This document shows, piece after piece, positions 11,721-26,170 of a stretch of DNA of 64,000 nucleotides. Position numbers and translations under genes: made by a program. Positions within the stretch are counted from its first letter, which is position 1. Each line of letters opens with the position of its first letter. Below the pieces are notes generated by a model. It did no database searches. It had not been told where the DNA came from and was given only the letters and a program-made list of their open reading frames with translations. This stretch comes from Eledone cirrhosa (lineage: Eukaryota). The stretch covers positions 370,512,001 through 370,576,000 of the forward strand of contig OZ024740.1 of assembly GCA_964016885.1 (NCBI GenBank), in the 5' to 3' direction.

Positions 11721-13349
11721 GTGTATGTCTTTGTGTGATGTATGTGTGTTTGCGTGTGTGCATGTGTGTATGTGTGCGTGTATGTTACTTCGTTACAACC
11801 CCTTTTTATTGCAATGTCAATTCCCATGCTGTCTGATATTTCTATGTTAGATATGAATCGACATACGCATTTGCCCTATACTTCATCTTTTTAACTTTCA
11901 AAACTCAATTTTAAAAGCTTTCTGAATAAAACATCATACTGTGCGAAAAATGTTGCAGTGAGCATTCATTTTTTCTTGTTACACCAACTGCTTTTTCTCA
12001 CCATCGCTTCTTCCTAATATTTTGCTGGCCGCATATTTTATCTGATTATGTTCTTTCTGAAACTGAGTATCGACCACTTATACCTCATCGTCCTTGCTTG
12101 TTTGATCATTCTTTCAATGCTATCAAAACTTTAATCTTTGCGAATATATGGTAAATTATAGCCAATCTTTAAAGTTCTATGCAGCCATTCCAATATGTCT
12201 GCTTTGAGATCACAAAGCAAAATTTCCGGTTGGAGTACGTTTCTAACATAATGTAGCATTCTTAATCTTTAAAAGATTATGTTGCATCTGTATGAAAATG
12301 TGTGCGCGTGTGTTTGTATGTGTGCATGTGCGTGTATGCGTATCTACGTGAGTTGTGTATGCGTGTCTACGTGAGTTGTGTATATGTGCGCATTTATTTA
12401 GAAGTTATTGTTGGTGGGTTTTCAATGGTCGATGTTATTAACTGATATGAAATCGATTCACAGAGCGGTCAAACTGCATACTTCTACCCAGTGCTAACAA
12501 CTGATTTGATATCGGTCATTAAAGAAAGAAACTATATTTAATTAGGCAGATCAGATGGAACTTGTGAGAAACAAGAAATGGTTCTGCGTTAGCACAAGGG
12601 AAAGATTGATAATCACAGTTAGCAGTGGTTCACTATACGTAGAGAGAAAGCTGATACACTTCAAATAGAAATGGGAAATGAGATGCTACGATGTTCATAA
12701 TTTTCTTAGAAATACTTAAAGGAGACATTTCGATTCTCAACTAAAATCGATACGGTGCCAATGAACAAGAGCATTTTCAAGTTTCTTTAGTAGATTTCTT
12801 TGGCACAAAACCACATCCGTCTCGGAAAAGAAAATGCTAAGTGGGATATTAACACCTTTTTCTTGAAGGCCTTAGAAATTGAATGAGGTGAAATGGTTTA
12901 GACCAAACGATCGGAAAATGCATTTCAGCTCTTAGATTGCTTGTTGTTCTACCCGAATCTCTCACAAGCAGCCATCGAGTTCTTACATTTACATTGCCAC
13001 AAGTCACCAGTTCATCGTTAGATATAATGAAAGCCACAATACAGGTGAATGAGAAATGAACTAGTTTCTTTCAACCTGGAATGGAAATCGGCATGCAGAG
13101 TTAATTTTTCTTGATGATTATTTCTTCAGTTTGTGTAGATTTCTTAGTGCTACCAGAGTATCTACCAGAATATCCCTAGGCTACGTTATCTAATGGATCT
13201 GACCTGTCTACCGTATTAGGTTTAGGGTTACTTTTAACAATTGACTTAGACTATAATGACCAGGTAGACTGCCCAATAAAGTATCATCGTTTTCTTTTGT
13301 TTATTTTTGTATTTTTGGTTTATTGAGTATGCATGTAGATGAACTGATA

Positions 13350-13660
13350 AAGAGAGAGAAGGAGAGAGAGAGAGACAGACAGATAGGCAGATAGACAGAT
13401 AGATAGAGAGAAACCTGGAAAGACAGAGGCAGAGAGACAGAGTCAGATACAGAGGGAGAGGCAGAAATAAAGTCGGAGAGAGAGGCAAAGACAGAGACAG
13501 AAACAAGGACAAGGAGAGAGAGAAAAGAGAGAAACAGGGATAAAGATGGAGAGAGATGGACAGAGAGAACAGGGAGAGAAACAGGGACACAGATGGAGAG
13601 TGGGTGGTGTAGATAGAGAGAGAAAGAAACGGAAATTTAAAGAGGAAAAGAGAAATAGAT
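13350..13660. repeat. Degenerate (GA)/(GACA)/(GATA) purine-rich tract
   Basis: Direct reading. Confidence 0.85.
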
Positions 13661-14924
13661 ATGTAATTCCCAACAATAAATTTATTTGTTAAAGCTGTTA
13701 TATTAATTACAATTCTTGTATTGGAACGTGAAGTTAGACGGGGAATTACATGCCTCAGATTTCAGTTAGAGTTCAGTTGGGTTTATCTTTTATAGAAAAA
13801 TACTGCAGTTTTCAGATTAAAAGACGCTCTAGTCCATAATGCACCTTTGTTCTGCAGGGAAATGTTTTGGGAAAATTTATAGTAGCATTTAAACGAACGT
13901 TATTGAATAGAATTTCAACCTGATATTAAACAAAAGAATACTCTTCCAAACGAAAACCAGCTCAAAACATCAAAATGAAAACAAAACTCGACTCATAAAA
14001 GGTTTTATTTAGTTAGATTCAAAGCACACAAAATCCTTTTCTATCATATTACCTATAATTGAATTGGCGGGGCTTCTATGAATAAAGGAGTAATGTAAAT
14101 AGCAACGTTTGTTTGTTTTTTAAATAAAAATATAAATATTTATATTAATTAGGTATTAAAATAAAATAATCTATACAAGCTTATTTACAAAACGTGTGAA
14201 TATAAAATTCCCAATAAGCTGCGAATTGCGTTAAAAAATAGCCACAAATTAAAATTGTACAGGAAAATTAAAGAATAAACACTCATCTCATTAGATTTAT
14301 TACAGCACTACTGTTGTATGTTGAGCTAAAAAAACGGACTATTAGATCGGTTTTGTGTGGTCATTTTTCAACTCTCCGTGTTTTACATAAAGCTTTATTA
14401 CTATTGTATTTCACTTTCATTTAATTTGAAGATTGTGGATCATTTAACTAGCTTTTTGAAACAGTTTATCCTACTGACAATTTTCTCATCCGTATGGTTT
14501 TGAAATAATCTAGATTTATTACGTAAATATTTAACTTATTTAGGTTTTGGTGATCGTTGTGTTAAGTAGGTGTTTTACTTTGCCAAAGATCGTCTAAACA
14601 TTCAATACAAAACTGAGTAACTGCCGCCAACAAATTTCGGTCCGTCTAATGAGATGAGGGTCCATTTTATTATACCATGGAGCCTCTACGTTATTGCTTG
14701 ATATACTAGATACAGCAGCTAAATTTACCTCAATTAACATTCTATGGTCTATAAATGCTAATGGTTGGCCTACAATATCATTAATATAAATAAAATAGAA
14801 ATGTAGCGGATTGTGGCGCCCTTCCCCCCATGTTTGCAAGTAAACCAAATATAAACAAGAAAATAAGCATATAGTCATGAAAAGTATGGTAGTCCACTAT
14901 TTGTAGCCCAATTTGGCAATTCTG

Positions 14925-15598
14925 TATAACACTAGACTGATACATGGCTTGCGATAAACCGTCGGACAAAATGCTTTGCAGCATATTGTTACGACCTTTT
15001 ACATTTTGAGTTCAAATCTCTCCGAACTCAACTTTACTTTTCATCATTCCAGAGCCGATGAAATAACATACCAGTTAATTATTGGGGTTGATGTAATCGA
15101 CTCTCTGCTTTCACTCAATTGGAGGTCTTGGGCCAATGTTAGAAAGAATTAAGGGCAGTAGATTAGCGGAATTGATAGAGCATCGGATAAAATGCTACAG
15201 TGTTAATTGTTCTGGCCCTTTACATTCTGAGTTCAAATCCAGCGAAGGTAAACTTTGCCTTTAATCTTTTCAGAGAAGTTAAAATACAATACCAGTGAAT
15301 TACTGAGGTTCATTTAACCAACTTCGCCTCTCCTTTGTGCCTAAATTAGAAATCAATATTTTGTCAGGACATTTTAAGGTCAACTTTGCTTTTCATCTGT
15401 AATAAAGCACCATTCAACTACTAGAGTCGATCTAATCGACCCACCTCCGCCACAACCACAAAAATAAATGGTGGCATTGTGCCTAAATTAGAAACCGTTA
15501 CTATTCAAATCCCGCTGGGGTTGATTTAATCGACTTTCCCATTCCCTTCAAATTGCACCAATAACCTTACGCCAAATGTCGAAACAATTATCATTATT
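14925..15598 (+). mobile_element. Tandem cluster of about 4 older Deu/Nin-type SINE copies or fragments
   Basis: Repeated GAGTTCAAAT, TTTGCTTTTCATC and GTGCCTAAATTAGAAAC motifs. Confidence 0.8.
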
Positions 15599-15768
15599 GG
15601 CTGTCAGACAACGAAGACGTGTTTTTGGAGCAACGCAAAAGTGAAGTAAATTTTCTGTTTATTTTCATTTATAATAATTGTGGCATACTTTGAAATGGGT
15701 TGTAAGACTTCCGTCTTTGCCGTGTGAAGGGGTGACTATATAATATTTGGGCCTTTTGGCCCAATTAT

Positions 15769-16701
15769 TTGAACTTTTTGTATTTAAAAACAAATTCTCG
15801 AAAAAAAAATTTGGGTCTGCTGTCGTGTGACAACGACCTAAACATTAAGGGGAGGGAAGCGGCAATCGCATTGATTTACACTGCAAATACATTTAGCAGC
15901 ACCAATACAAACAGCATCAACAGCTGCAACAGCAACACCAAGGAGAACAATAACCTTAAAAAAAACAATGACAACACCAACCACAGCAGTAACAACGACA
16001 ACATAAATAATGACAAAAACAACGAAATTAACACCACTAACAAGAACATAAACAGCGACAGCACCAACAGCAACAATACCAACTGCACCGAGAACAACAA
16101 CAGCGGCACCAAAGATATAACCAACTGCAACAGTGATAATCGTGATAACACCACCACCAACAACAACAACAACACTTTCGCTGCAGCAGCAGCTAAAAAG
16201 AGGCCATGCTTCAGCATTGAGCTCTCGAATAAAGATGAAAGGCTGGCCCAGGCCTGGAAACTCATCAAGCAAGAGAAAACTTGGGCCAACTTAACTGTCC
16301 CGGTAGAAGCTATCGAAGCAGTGGAGCGCAGAACGGTGCATTACAGATTCATCTCAGCAGAAACCAAGAGGGCAGCTTTAATTCCACAAGCAGATGTCGA
16401 AGCCGCGCTGAGGTACATCAGGGATGACACCGAATATATAGCGAGGGACAGACAAGACGGGAACATTTCGGTGTTGTTTAAGTCAGAAGCCCTAGATATG
16501 CAACCTGCAATGACCCCTTGCAAAACCATCAAGGTCATAATGTACCCCTCCCACATGGGAAAAAGAACAGCTCGTCTCCGCATTCCCAGGATCCCACCAG
16601 GACTTGAGATGTGGTGGCTCCCGAGTAGTGTGACTGTGAAGGGGACGGATACCGTCCCGATAAGCCATAAGGACTGCTGGAGAGGACTGGTCCGCGGTTG
16701 A
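15769..16701 (+). pseudogene. Tx1-type ORF1 remnant with Asn/Thr-rich N-terminal region
   Basis: Complex non-microsatellite ORF directly upstream of the APE ORF inside the LINE. Assignment is positional. Confidence 0.55.
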
Positions 16702-17014
16702 CCTGGAGATACTTCTCCAGATCAGGCTGGACCACATCCGTCTTCAGAACGGGACAGTAATACATATTATGACTGAGGGGGAAAATACCGCATTATTTGG
16801 TTTGCAGAGAAAAAACCCATTTGCGAGCCTTTTGCCCTCAACTGCTGAAAGATGCAAGGAATCGAAGAGCTCCACTTCTGCCGACGCCAGGTCGAGGACC
16901 AATACCGGCACCGGAAAAACCGCCAGCAACTACACCAATAGAAAGACCACCACCAAAATTGACCACCCAGGGGGGAAACGAGGAAAGTTGTCCAATCACC
17001 CACCCCCCTCCCCA

Positions 17015-17091
<77 letters not shown>

Positions 17092-17629
17092 GACACAGAC
17101 CCCTCATCTTCCAGTAGTGAAGTTGAGGGAAAACCAAAATCCCCCCCAAAAAATCAGAAAAAAATACACACAAAGAAAAAAAAAGCACAAAAACACCTAC
17201 AATAGAAAATGTAAACACCACCCACGCAAACATCTCTCCAACAACACTAAAATCAACACCATCACAAGAAGCCCCCAAACGCAAACAACCTAAACAGACG
17301 CAAGAACAAATACACACACAAACATTTGAAACCACAGACGCCGCACTCACAACAAAGACAGACACAACCAAAACAACACCAACAAAATCAACACCACCAC
17401 AGTCACGCAAACAAAATCGCACCAACAAAACATGCAACATTTCGTGCTTGTCAGAAGGGCCAACAAGGATTGATGGCCCTCGTAGCACGAGGTAAAGGAG
17501 GAACCCGAACGTAAAACGCACATCCAGACTTTGAAAGAAACACCACCAACTATGGAGGTCGAACCCCCGACCTTCACAAGAACCCGGGAGATAAGTAAAC
17601 CTTTCCTCTCTCTCTTTTAGCCTGCCAAT

Positions 17630-18856
17630 ATGGCCATATTAAGAGTAGGAAGTTTAAATGTTCAAGGCCTGGGGTCGCCCTGGAAGCAGAGTCACCTGCT
17701 CAACGACCTCAGGTCTCTAGAAATGGATGTAATTGCCGTCAGCGAGACCAGGATTTCCAACACGCGCACACTAGCCACCATTTTCGAAGACTATCAGATT
17801 TTCGAATCTGTTAGACGGCCGGGAATGGGAGGTGAGGTGGCAGTGCTGTTTAGGAAAGGCCTGGATCTCGAGGTAAGGTCGATCTTCCATAACCCGCACG
17901 ATAAGTTGGTGGTCCTGGACGTGAACAATAGCGAAGTTGGTGCCTTTAGAGTGGTGGCCGTCTACGCCCCTGCCGGGGCATAACGGCCGGACTTCTTTAG
18001 ATACCTGGAATCCTTTATGGGTACGTCTCGCCCTTGAGTGTTAGCGGGGGGAGGGTGCTGGAACGGCATCTTAGACGCACGCTGGGACTGTGTGGGGGGT
18101 ATCTGATAGGAGCGGGGGGTTAAAACCTCAAGTACCTGATCAGCCTGTTCCAACTGTCTGACTGGTACCGACTAGATTTCCCTAATACGCCAGTGTGGAC
18201 CTGGACCAACTACATAGTCATTTAGATCATATATAGACAGGATATTCATTAGGAAAATAGATAGAAATAGTGTAAGCTGTCCACGTTTTAAAACGGTCGC
18301 CTATTCAGATCACAAGTTTATCTGCATGGTCGACCTAGATAATACACGTAGGTTAGGCCGTGGTTACTGGAAGCTGAACATGTCATTTCCTGCACGTAAG
18401 GCTAAAGTGACCGGGTCAACAATTTAGTTAAGCAAATATTGATGGTGGGGGACTATTAAAAGAGAGATTAGAGTAATTTTGATAGGGTTTAGCAAAGAAG
18501 TAGCGTTAGAGAAAAATAGAAAGTGGGGGAGCTGGTAGATAGGTTAGACGAGGCTTCCTGTAGTGGCATTGCAACCGACATGCTAGCGGCGAGAATGGCA
18601 TTAGATCATTTCTTCAATGCGAAACACGAAGGTTGCATTGTCAGAGCTAAGGCGCGTGCTCAGAGAAACGAGGGAACGAAAACTGTTCGATGGTCCCCCG
18701 TGGCAGAGGCGCAGCCTGGTAATAAAACTACAAGTCGGTCTTTGACGGACCGAGACGAACCCGAACTGAGCGATTCCAGACGGATGTGTGAGGCCTTTCG
18801 CCACCATTTTGCACGTTTGTTCGGGGAAAGTGGCGAGTCAGAGACGGTGGCAGACT
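17630..18856 (+). pseudogene. Apurinic endonuclease domain and linker of Tx1 ORF2 (stops and frameshifts)
   Basis: MAILRVGSLNVQGLGSPWKQ...DVIAVSETR...VVAVYAP, then WTW, YIDRIF, YSDHKF, GRGYWKLN, GCIVRAKAR...NEG. Confidence 0.85.
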
Positions 18857-21079
18857 TCAGTCAAAGAGACGAGCTGTGGAAAGCCCCGTCTGACAAACGG
18901 CGATCTCACCTGTTCACCGTTTAGGCAGAATATTTGGAGATACCGCAGTCTCGGCGCATGTCTGCGCATCATTAGCCACGGCATACCCAGCCCTCTACGT
19001 AGAGGGTGCTGGCAGCAGATGGACCGCCTCATCAATGGAACCTGTCCCGTTCCAAGTTGGCTGAGGCTGCGGCATCTCCAGATATTGTGCCTTAACATTG
19101 AACAGGTGTGGTCGTCATTTGTCAGACGGGCCTTTCCGCAGCTCGTCTCATTGACTGAGCTGCAGTCCTGAGTCAAGAAAAGACCGAGACTGCATGACTG
19201 CTATCTGGAATATTGCCAGGCACTCAATGCGGTCAGTGGAACTTACACTCTCAAGTTCTATAGAGGATTAGTGGTGGACAAGTGCGACAACGCTCTCGGA
19301 GAGGCTCTGGGTGTCGACGAAGTCGAACTAACCTGTCTGTTCCGGAGGACTTTCGAGTCGGGGACCATGGATAACTTCCAAAAACCCCTCGCTTGGCAGT
19401 GCTACCTGGGACAATCCTGAATCAACCCCCGGCTGGTTATCCCACCTATTGGGGTATTTTTCATTGCTGTATTTGTTTATTGTTTTTTTTTTTTTGTTTT
19501 GTTTTTTTTACTCGATTTTTATGTAAAAACCTCACTGTCCGCGTCTATTGTATTGCCACCTATATGTCGGCCCTTGTGGCTAATAAATGAAAGCATTATT
19601 GTTGTAATAGTAGTAGGATATTTATACATTCTGTTTATAGACCGTAGGCAGGTTTTGACATCAAAGCTTTAGGCAAAAATGTGTGTCACTGGAAAATATA
19701 TCTATGATCATGAAAAAGTAGGATTGTTACACAAAAGACGGATCGCGATTAAGGAAAAGACTATTTCTTTATATAAAAAATCTCCTAGTTGTAAAATAAA
19801 AAAAAAAATACACCTATAATGTTCATATAAAACGTTATTGAATTATTCAATGTTTATCTGCAACAGAACAATTTCCCTATCTGATCCTTCCAACGAACAA
19901 TTAATCTTTGGTTATTAATCACTTTCTGTTGATGTTTAATTTTTTTTTTCATTTCTCCCTAACTCTTACACTTTGTTTTTCTCTTTTTGTCTATTTATCA
20001 GTATCTGCTTTCCTTACATGCTGCTCTTTTCTAGGTCCGTATCAACATGAAGATGGTTGCTGCACTAATTAAAACAAAAAGAAAACAGAATATTAGTATC
20101 ACTTCTTTTTTATAACAATGAGAAAATAATTAAGAAGTGACTGTTTACGCTTTGTGATAAAGAATTTGAAGCAGAAGTTTAATTGTTCTTCTAATAAAGC
20201 TAATTATTTTACATCGTGTGCATTTAGAGAGTGTGTAGCTCAGTTTCGTTCCATATTTGGAGCATGTTTTTTTTTCTATTTACGTAACATGTGATATTGA
20301 AAAACAAAATTATGTGATGTTCATCTTAAAAGAATAGTTGATGTAATTTAAAGAAAATTACTTCAACTGAGAATCGAAATTATATTTCTGAATTGGCTTG
20401 CCGGGAATACTCATTTTATTCAACACAGAAAATTTTGAAAATATGGCATATAAATGGATTCAGTTGGGATCGTATTCAATTCATGATCTTGTTATAGTAC
20501 GATCATACCTGTACACAATAGCGAATGATTCCTAATTTTCAAAATAAGGCGTAGATGGGTTAAATTATTTCTTTTCCGCATTGAACTGCGTTTTTTCTGC
20601 GCCCATACTACTTCACATCTATGTTGTAGATGCTTTCTCCCACCATCTCCTCGAAGTAAAACCGTAAACAGCAGTCATGCATAAGGGTAGATTCAATCGT
20701 TTATATCGTTCCCATATTCATTCAAAAGCGTGATGCTGCTTCACAAGGTAAAGAAAAATCACTATATTAAATAGAAATGATTTAGTTAAAAGTAAATCAA
20801 TATTTTTTTTCCATGCCTCTCACAATTCTATTAATACACCAATGGTTTCTTTTGTTGTCGCTAATGCTTTTGTAAACCACATTCAATTCAGGCACGTTGT
20901 AGAATTGCCATCAAAAGAATTGTTTCTCATCTTGTATGTTGCTTTAATCTAGTGCTTATGAAGTTCAAAACAAGACGAAATAACACTTGGTATAAATAGG
21001 TTGGACTTGACTAAAAAGCTCTTCAACCGCGTTTGTATGGCTACTAATAAATTAAGAGTATTAAAGTCTGTCCCAAACT

Positions 21080-21332
21080 CGAAGGTTCATCAGTGCGATG
21101 TTTATCCCGGTTTTCTCGGCATTAAGCAACGAAGAGTACACGACACCCCTTTTAACAGGATGGCAGTCTATCGCAGGCTTAACTCCCAGCTACTGCTGGT
21201 ACTCATTTCCATCTGATTGTACTAGAGCAACGTGAAATGAAGTGTTTTGCACAAAAACACAACGTTACTCAAAACTACAATACATTATTATTGTATGTCC
21301 AACACCTTAATCATTAGGCAACACGCCTTCAC
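21080..21332 (-). mobile_element. Meta-SINE-like copy
   Basis: Homologous to 9070-9327. Confidence 0.75.
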
Positions 21333-23099
21333 AAATTAGAAGCATCGTGAAGATAATTGGCTGAATTCTACCACAGCTACTTATTCTTTTAATCCTGTAT
21401 ACAAGCATATTAGATGCATTGCATTAATCTCTTTGACGAAGCTTAAAGGCTTATAGAAGTAAAGATTCCATGAGGATCAGGTATTTTCTGCGGATATTAG
21501 CAGTGGAAATTAAGTTTGAACAAGTTCTGTTGCTCACTACTGTTTCAGCCAGCTTGCTATCCTATGAAATTTCTATTATATGCGTGACTTTTCGGTATTA
21601 TATTTTACTATTATTTGTTTATTTTCAACACTTTCTGTTGAATATTTTAACTTTCCATATTCGTAGATGGATTGAATATGAAAATGCTGATCAGATTACA
21701 TGCTCGTTACATTCCATCTTAAATTGCTTTTGATCAGAAGGAATTAATGTTTAATGCAAGTTGGCTACCAAACAAAGACTTGCTTAGTTTTCCTTCTTTT
21801 GTTCCATTTCTTTAGCAAACACATTAGTGAACATTATTCATTAATATTAATTCTGATATGAAATATGATTGGATAATACCTTGCGGATATAATTAGACGA
21901 CTATCCAAGAAGAATTATAAATATGGACATAATCTACTTGAAATATTTTTCCTGTATGTATTAAAACTCACAAAAGCGTTCTGATTACAAATTAAACTTA
22001 TGAAAATGTATAATAGATAACGTATGAGGTTATATAATGGAAACGAATTATAATGATGACCCAAAGCTATACTGAAAATTCTATAGTGAAAAGAACATTA
22101 AAGAGAAGGCTTGTTCGGCAATACAGTAATAAACTGAATCGCCTTCTTAAATGTAATTCGGTTTCTATTTTTGATTCAAGCTACATACGTCAATAATGTA
22201 TTTGATGTAAAAATAGATGTCGCATATGCTTACTTCTTATCATAAGAAATGATGACTATTAAATATAAGTTATATTTAGCGGAAATGTTATAACCGCCAC
22301 CGTCATCATCGTTGACACCGCAATCCTCACCGCCCCAAATACTATACGACATCACCGTTGTCGTCTGGTTGTGATTGGAAAAAAGTATAACAGATTAGCG
22401 AGCAATTAGTCGTTTTAGCATGGACTTTAATTATTCATTTTTATAACAGCCTTTGGATTGTTCTGGTTTGAGCACCAAAAGTTTAATTTAAAAGAAAACA
22501 TTCTTTTTATTTCATTTTTCATTAATCAGAACCTGGTTGTGGCTAGCTGAAATACTGCTGCAACTACATTTCTTTTGTATTTAAAAAGTATATATACATA
22601 ATTTGTTTACATTTCAAAGCATTAGTTGTTTCACTTTCTGAAAATATAGAATGATGCTGTTTTAGTTTCAATATTTAAAAATGAAAATAGAATTACAAAT
22701 GGAATTGAAATATATTTGTATATGAAAAAAGAGGTGCTGCAGTTGTAATTCCCTGCCATTAATTAGGTTTTGTTTGGAAAAAAAGTTAATTACTTTTAAA
22801 AAATAAATAAACATACTTTGCAGATTCTAATTTTTAAAAACCTAAACGAATTCGAAGACAATTTTAAAAATGGGCACAATAAAAAAAAAATGTTAGAGTG
22901 AATAAAGACATCCACACTAAAACAAACTGATTACCAAATAAAAACAGTCTTCCGTTACTGAGTTCAAACTCAACAGTTGCTAAACAAAAGAACAAATTAA
23001 ACAGAAGGGAGAGTTGGTTCGAATGCACCCATTACTCAGTCTCTGTTTATGTGACAGTTACATTTCATCATCGTCATCATGATAGATTAAAAGAGACTG

Positions 23100-24135
23100 C
23101 CTTGCAGTTTTAGTTAAATTCCTTTATTTGGGGGATTCAAATTCCAATAAAGTTGACATCTTTCATCCTCTCGAAACCAATAACTACCAAATAATATACT
23201 GGATTAATCCAATCGTGCTGTATTCGGTCAAAAACGGTAGCAGTATTCAGTTGAATTCCTTTAAAGTTAAATCCCAACAGTAAACATTATCTTCCATTTT
23301 CTCGAAGCTAATAAGATAAGTAACCAATAAAATATTGGGTCGACCCAATTGTCCTTGCCATACCTTCTTACATTAGTGTTTGTCTGAATTAGAAATCATT
23401 AATACCACCAGAATAACGGCTATTGGCGGAATTGGCAGTCATCACAAAGTCTGCTCTCTTTGAGTTCAACTCCCGACGAGGTCAACTTTTTCTTTTATCC
23501 TTTCGAGATCGATAAAAGTACCAAACCAATATAAGAGTTGATTCTTGCTCTATATTTCTCCCTCTTCCTCTCTCTCACTCTTTCCCTCTTCTCGGGAAGA
23601 GATTAACTATGGTCAAACCCATGCAAGGAATGGACTCCCTCAGGTTTAGAAATGCACACAATATGCTATATGTCCCTATAGTACCCTTACTACTCTATTA
23701 GGAGTTACGGGGAAAGGAAAATCAATTACTTCCTATCATCAAAGCCAATGTCTTTATTAACATTTCGCTCAACCTAAACCACTCAAGTAGAATGCTCCTG
23801 ATTAAGCGAAATTCCTGAATAAATCTTTCGAGGGGACACATAAAAGCAGCTTGAAAACATGTTATTTATAAGCCACCAAGAAACCCTCTACATTATCGCT
23901 TGCTCTGTTGGAACAAGCCACGTTTACAGCATATCTCACTCACATATGTAAAAACAAATAGGAGTATAATATATATTCGATAATGCACTTGTGATAAACA
24001 GAAAATTAGCAAAATTTAAAAAACGTCTGATAGAATGTCTTATAGTATGCGTCCCGGGTCTCTGCGTTCAGGTTTCAATTCGCATTGAGGTTAAGTTTGT
24101 ATTTCATCCTGCTGTTGATGATAAAGTACCAGTGA
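23100..24135 (+). mobile_element. Several old SINE fragments (about 23100-23545 and 24000-24135)
   Basis: Degenerate TTTCATCC...GATAAA...GTACC cores. Confidence 0.55.
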
Positions 24136-24339
24136 AGAATATTTGTTGAGTATTCTCTCTATTTTTATTATCGGAATACAATACGTTGCATCGTGAGGAA
24201 TGTTGAAGACCACTCATAGAGCCTTTGTCTAGTAAGGGGGAATAGTTAAGCGAAGAGCTATCAACCTTTTCTCATGAAAAGCAATAACAACTGATATGCT
24301 GCAGAAATCCTCCAAAGACAGACAAAGTTGGTAAGATAA

Positions 24340-25530
24340 TAATAATTGTTTCTACGTTAGACACAAGGCCAGCAATAACCCAGTGCATTACTGGTACTTT
24401 ATTTTAACGACCCCGTAAGGATGAAAGGCAAAGTTAACCTTGGCGGGATTTGAACTCAGAATGGCAAGGGCCGTAACTCTATACGTCAAAGCATGGCGTC
24501 CGACCCTCTACCGATACTGCCAATAATAATGTAATCATAGGTGCACTGCTCGAATAAAATAAGCTAGTTACATTTCTAAAGTTTTTTAAGTACAGTAATG
24601 CTTGATCAGAGCATACAGGGTTTGACATAAATTCATAAAGAATTGATAAACAACGAATACTTAGCTCCACGCCTAATACCAACATTTCAATATCAAAATT
24701 TGAGAAGTGGAAATTAAAAGTTGTGGCTAAAACAACTGCATTATCCTGAAAGTAAACTTAGCTAAACCAGTCTGTAAATATAATGGTTCAGAAATTATTT
24801 CCACTGCGTTGCACATTGTCGCATCGTCAACCATAACCTCGCTTGTGAATGAAACTTGTTAGACGACAAATGTGTGGAAGCTGTATAAATATGTATGTGT
24901 GTGTGTGTGTGTGTATGTGTATATATATATATATACACATTACTACTCTTCTTATAGATTAGGTTCTCAACAAAACTTTTGGATATTTGGATATTGTAAC
25001 CACTAAACACTCACACACGCAACACACTCACATACACACACCCACATATACACACACATATATGTGTCTGTTGTGTATCTGTGAGTATTTAGTTGTTACA
25101 ATATCCAAAGATTTTGTTGAGAACCTAATCAATAAGAGGAGTTGTAATGTATATTTTATTTTCTACTGCGGAAATAATCACTTACTCCACTTGTCTGAGG
25201 TTACATTTACCTTTCAACGTTTCCGCCTCGATAAAATCAAGTAATGCCCTGGGATAAATTTAAGCAACATTCCCATCGCCCAAAATTGTTGGCCTTGTGC
25301 CTAAATCAGAAATCATTATTATTATTATTAGGTGGTGGATTGGCAGTATCGGTAGAGAGTCTGACGTCATGCTTTGCAGCAAACAGTTACGGCCCTTTAT
25401 GGTCTGAGTTCAAATCCCAACGAGGTTAACTTTGCCTTTCATCCTTAAGGGGTCGATAAAATAAAGTACCAGTAATACACTGAAATAATTGCTGGCCTTG
25501 TACCAAAAGTAGAAACAATTATTATTATTA
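24340..25530. mobile_element. Young SINEs 24340-24523 (-) and 25330-25530 (+), plus partial 25200-25320 (+)
   Basis: Near-identical to the 5136 family. Confidence 0.9.
24932..25155. repeat. Inverted repeat with arms of about 85 bp
   Basis: GATTAGGTTCTCAACAAAA...TGGATATTGTAAC versus GTTACAATATCCA...TTTTGTTGAGAACCTAATC. Confidence 0.85.
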
Positions 25531-25559
25531 TTATTAAAACGCATATTCTCTATAATAAA

Positions 25560-26170
25560 CAAATAGTTTCCAATAATTTCGAAAAATGTTTAATTTTCTT
25601 TAAAACTTTATTTGAATTTTACTGAAAAATTTTTCTCAAAGATTTTCCCCTACATTTCACCTAAGATATTCTTCAAACGATTTTTAGATATTTGCTTCAA
25701 AATTTTTTCTGCGATTTAACACTTACTAAAAAATATTTCTTGGCATTTTTTAAAAAAAATGAAACTTTCTATAATAATGTTTCTCAAAATTATTCAAAAT
25801 TCTTCTTCAAACTTTCCTTTTAAAATATTCTTGAATTTTTTTTAACTTTTCCTCAAAATGCCATTAAAAATGTTCTTAAAACGTTTCTCAAGCATTTTCC
25901 CTCAAACTTTTCTTTAAAATTTCATCAAAATGTTTTCACAATAATTCCAGGAATTTTCTCTCAAAATTTTCCACAATGTCTCAAAAAGTTTCCTCTATTA
26001 TTTTTCGAACATTTTAGGAATACTTTAGAAACAAAAGTTGCGAAACATTTTAATGAATATTTTTTTTCTTTTAATATTTTTCTCAATATTCTCTTTAAAA
26101 CGTTATCAACATATTTTCGAAAACGTTTCAATAGAAATGGGTATCTTAACAAATTTACGAAAAATTAAAA
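25560..26170. repeat. Degenerate AT-rich minisatellite (AAAATTTTCnTC-like units)
   Basis: Recurrent AAAA/TTTT-CTC units. An opposite-orientation stretch lies at about 26840-26970. Confidence 0.55.

Larger units (their letters stand above)
15600..19593 (+). mobile_element. Tx1/L1-clade LINE, internally deleted (ORF1 and APE kept, RT core missing)
   Basis: 5' AAGACGTGTTTT motif; ORF1-like 15769-16760; APE from 17630 (GSLNVQGL, VSETR, YAP, YIDR, SDH, GYWKLN); GLGMP thumb remnant; AATAAA at the end; candidate TSD CATTATTG at 15592-15599 and 19594-19601. Confidence 0.8.

Noticed and set aside
15769-17293. Asn-rich and His/Thr-rich ORFs as host genes
   Set aside because: They lie inside the Tx1 element upstream of the APE ORF, with no splice evidence.
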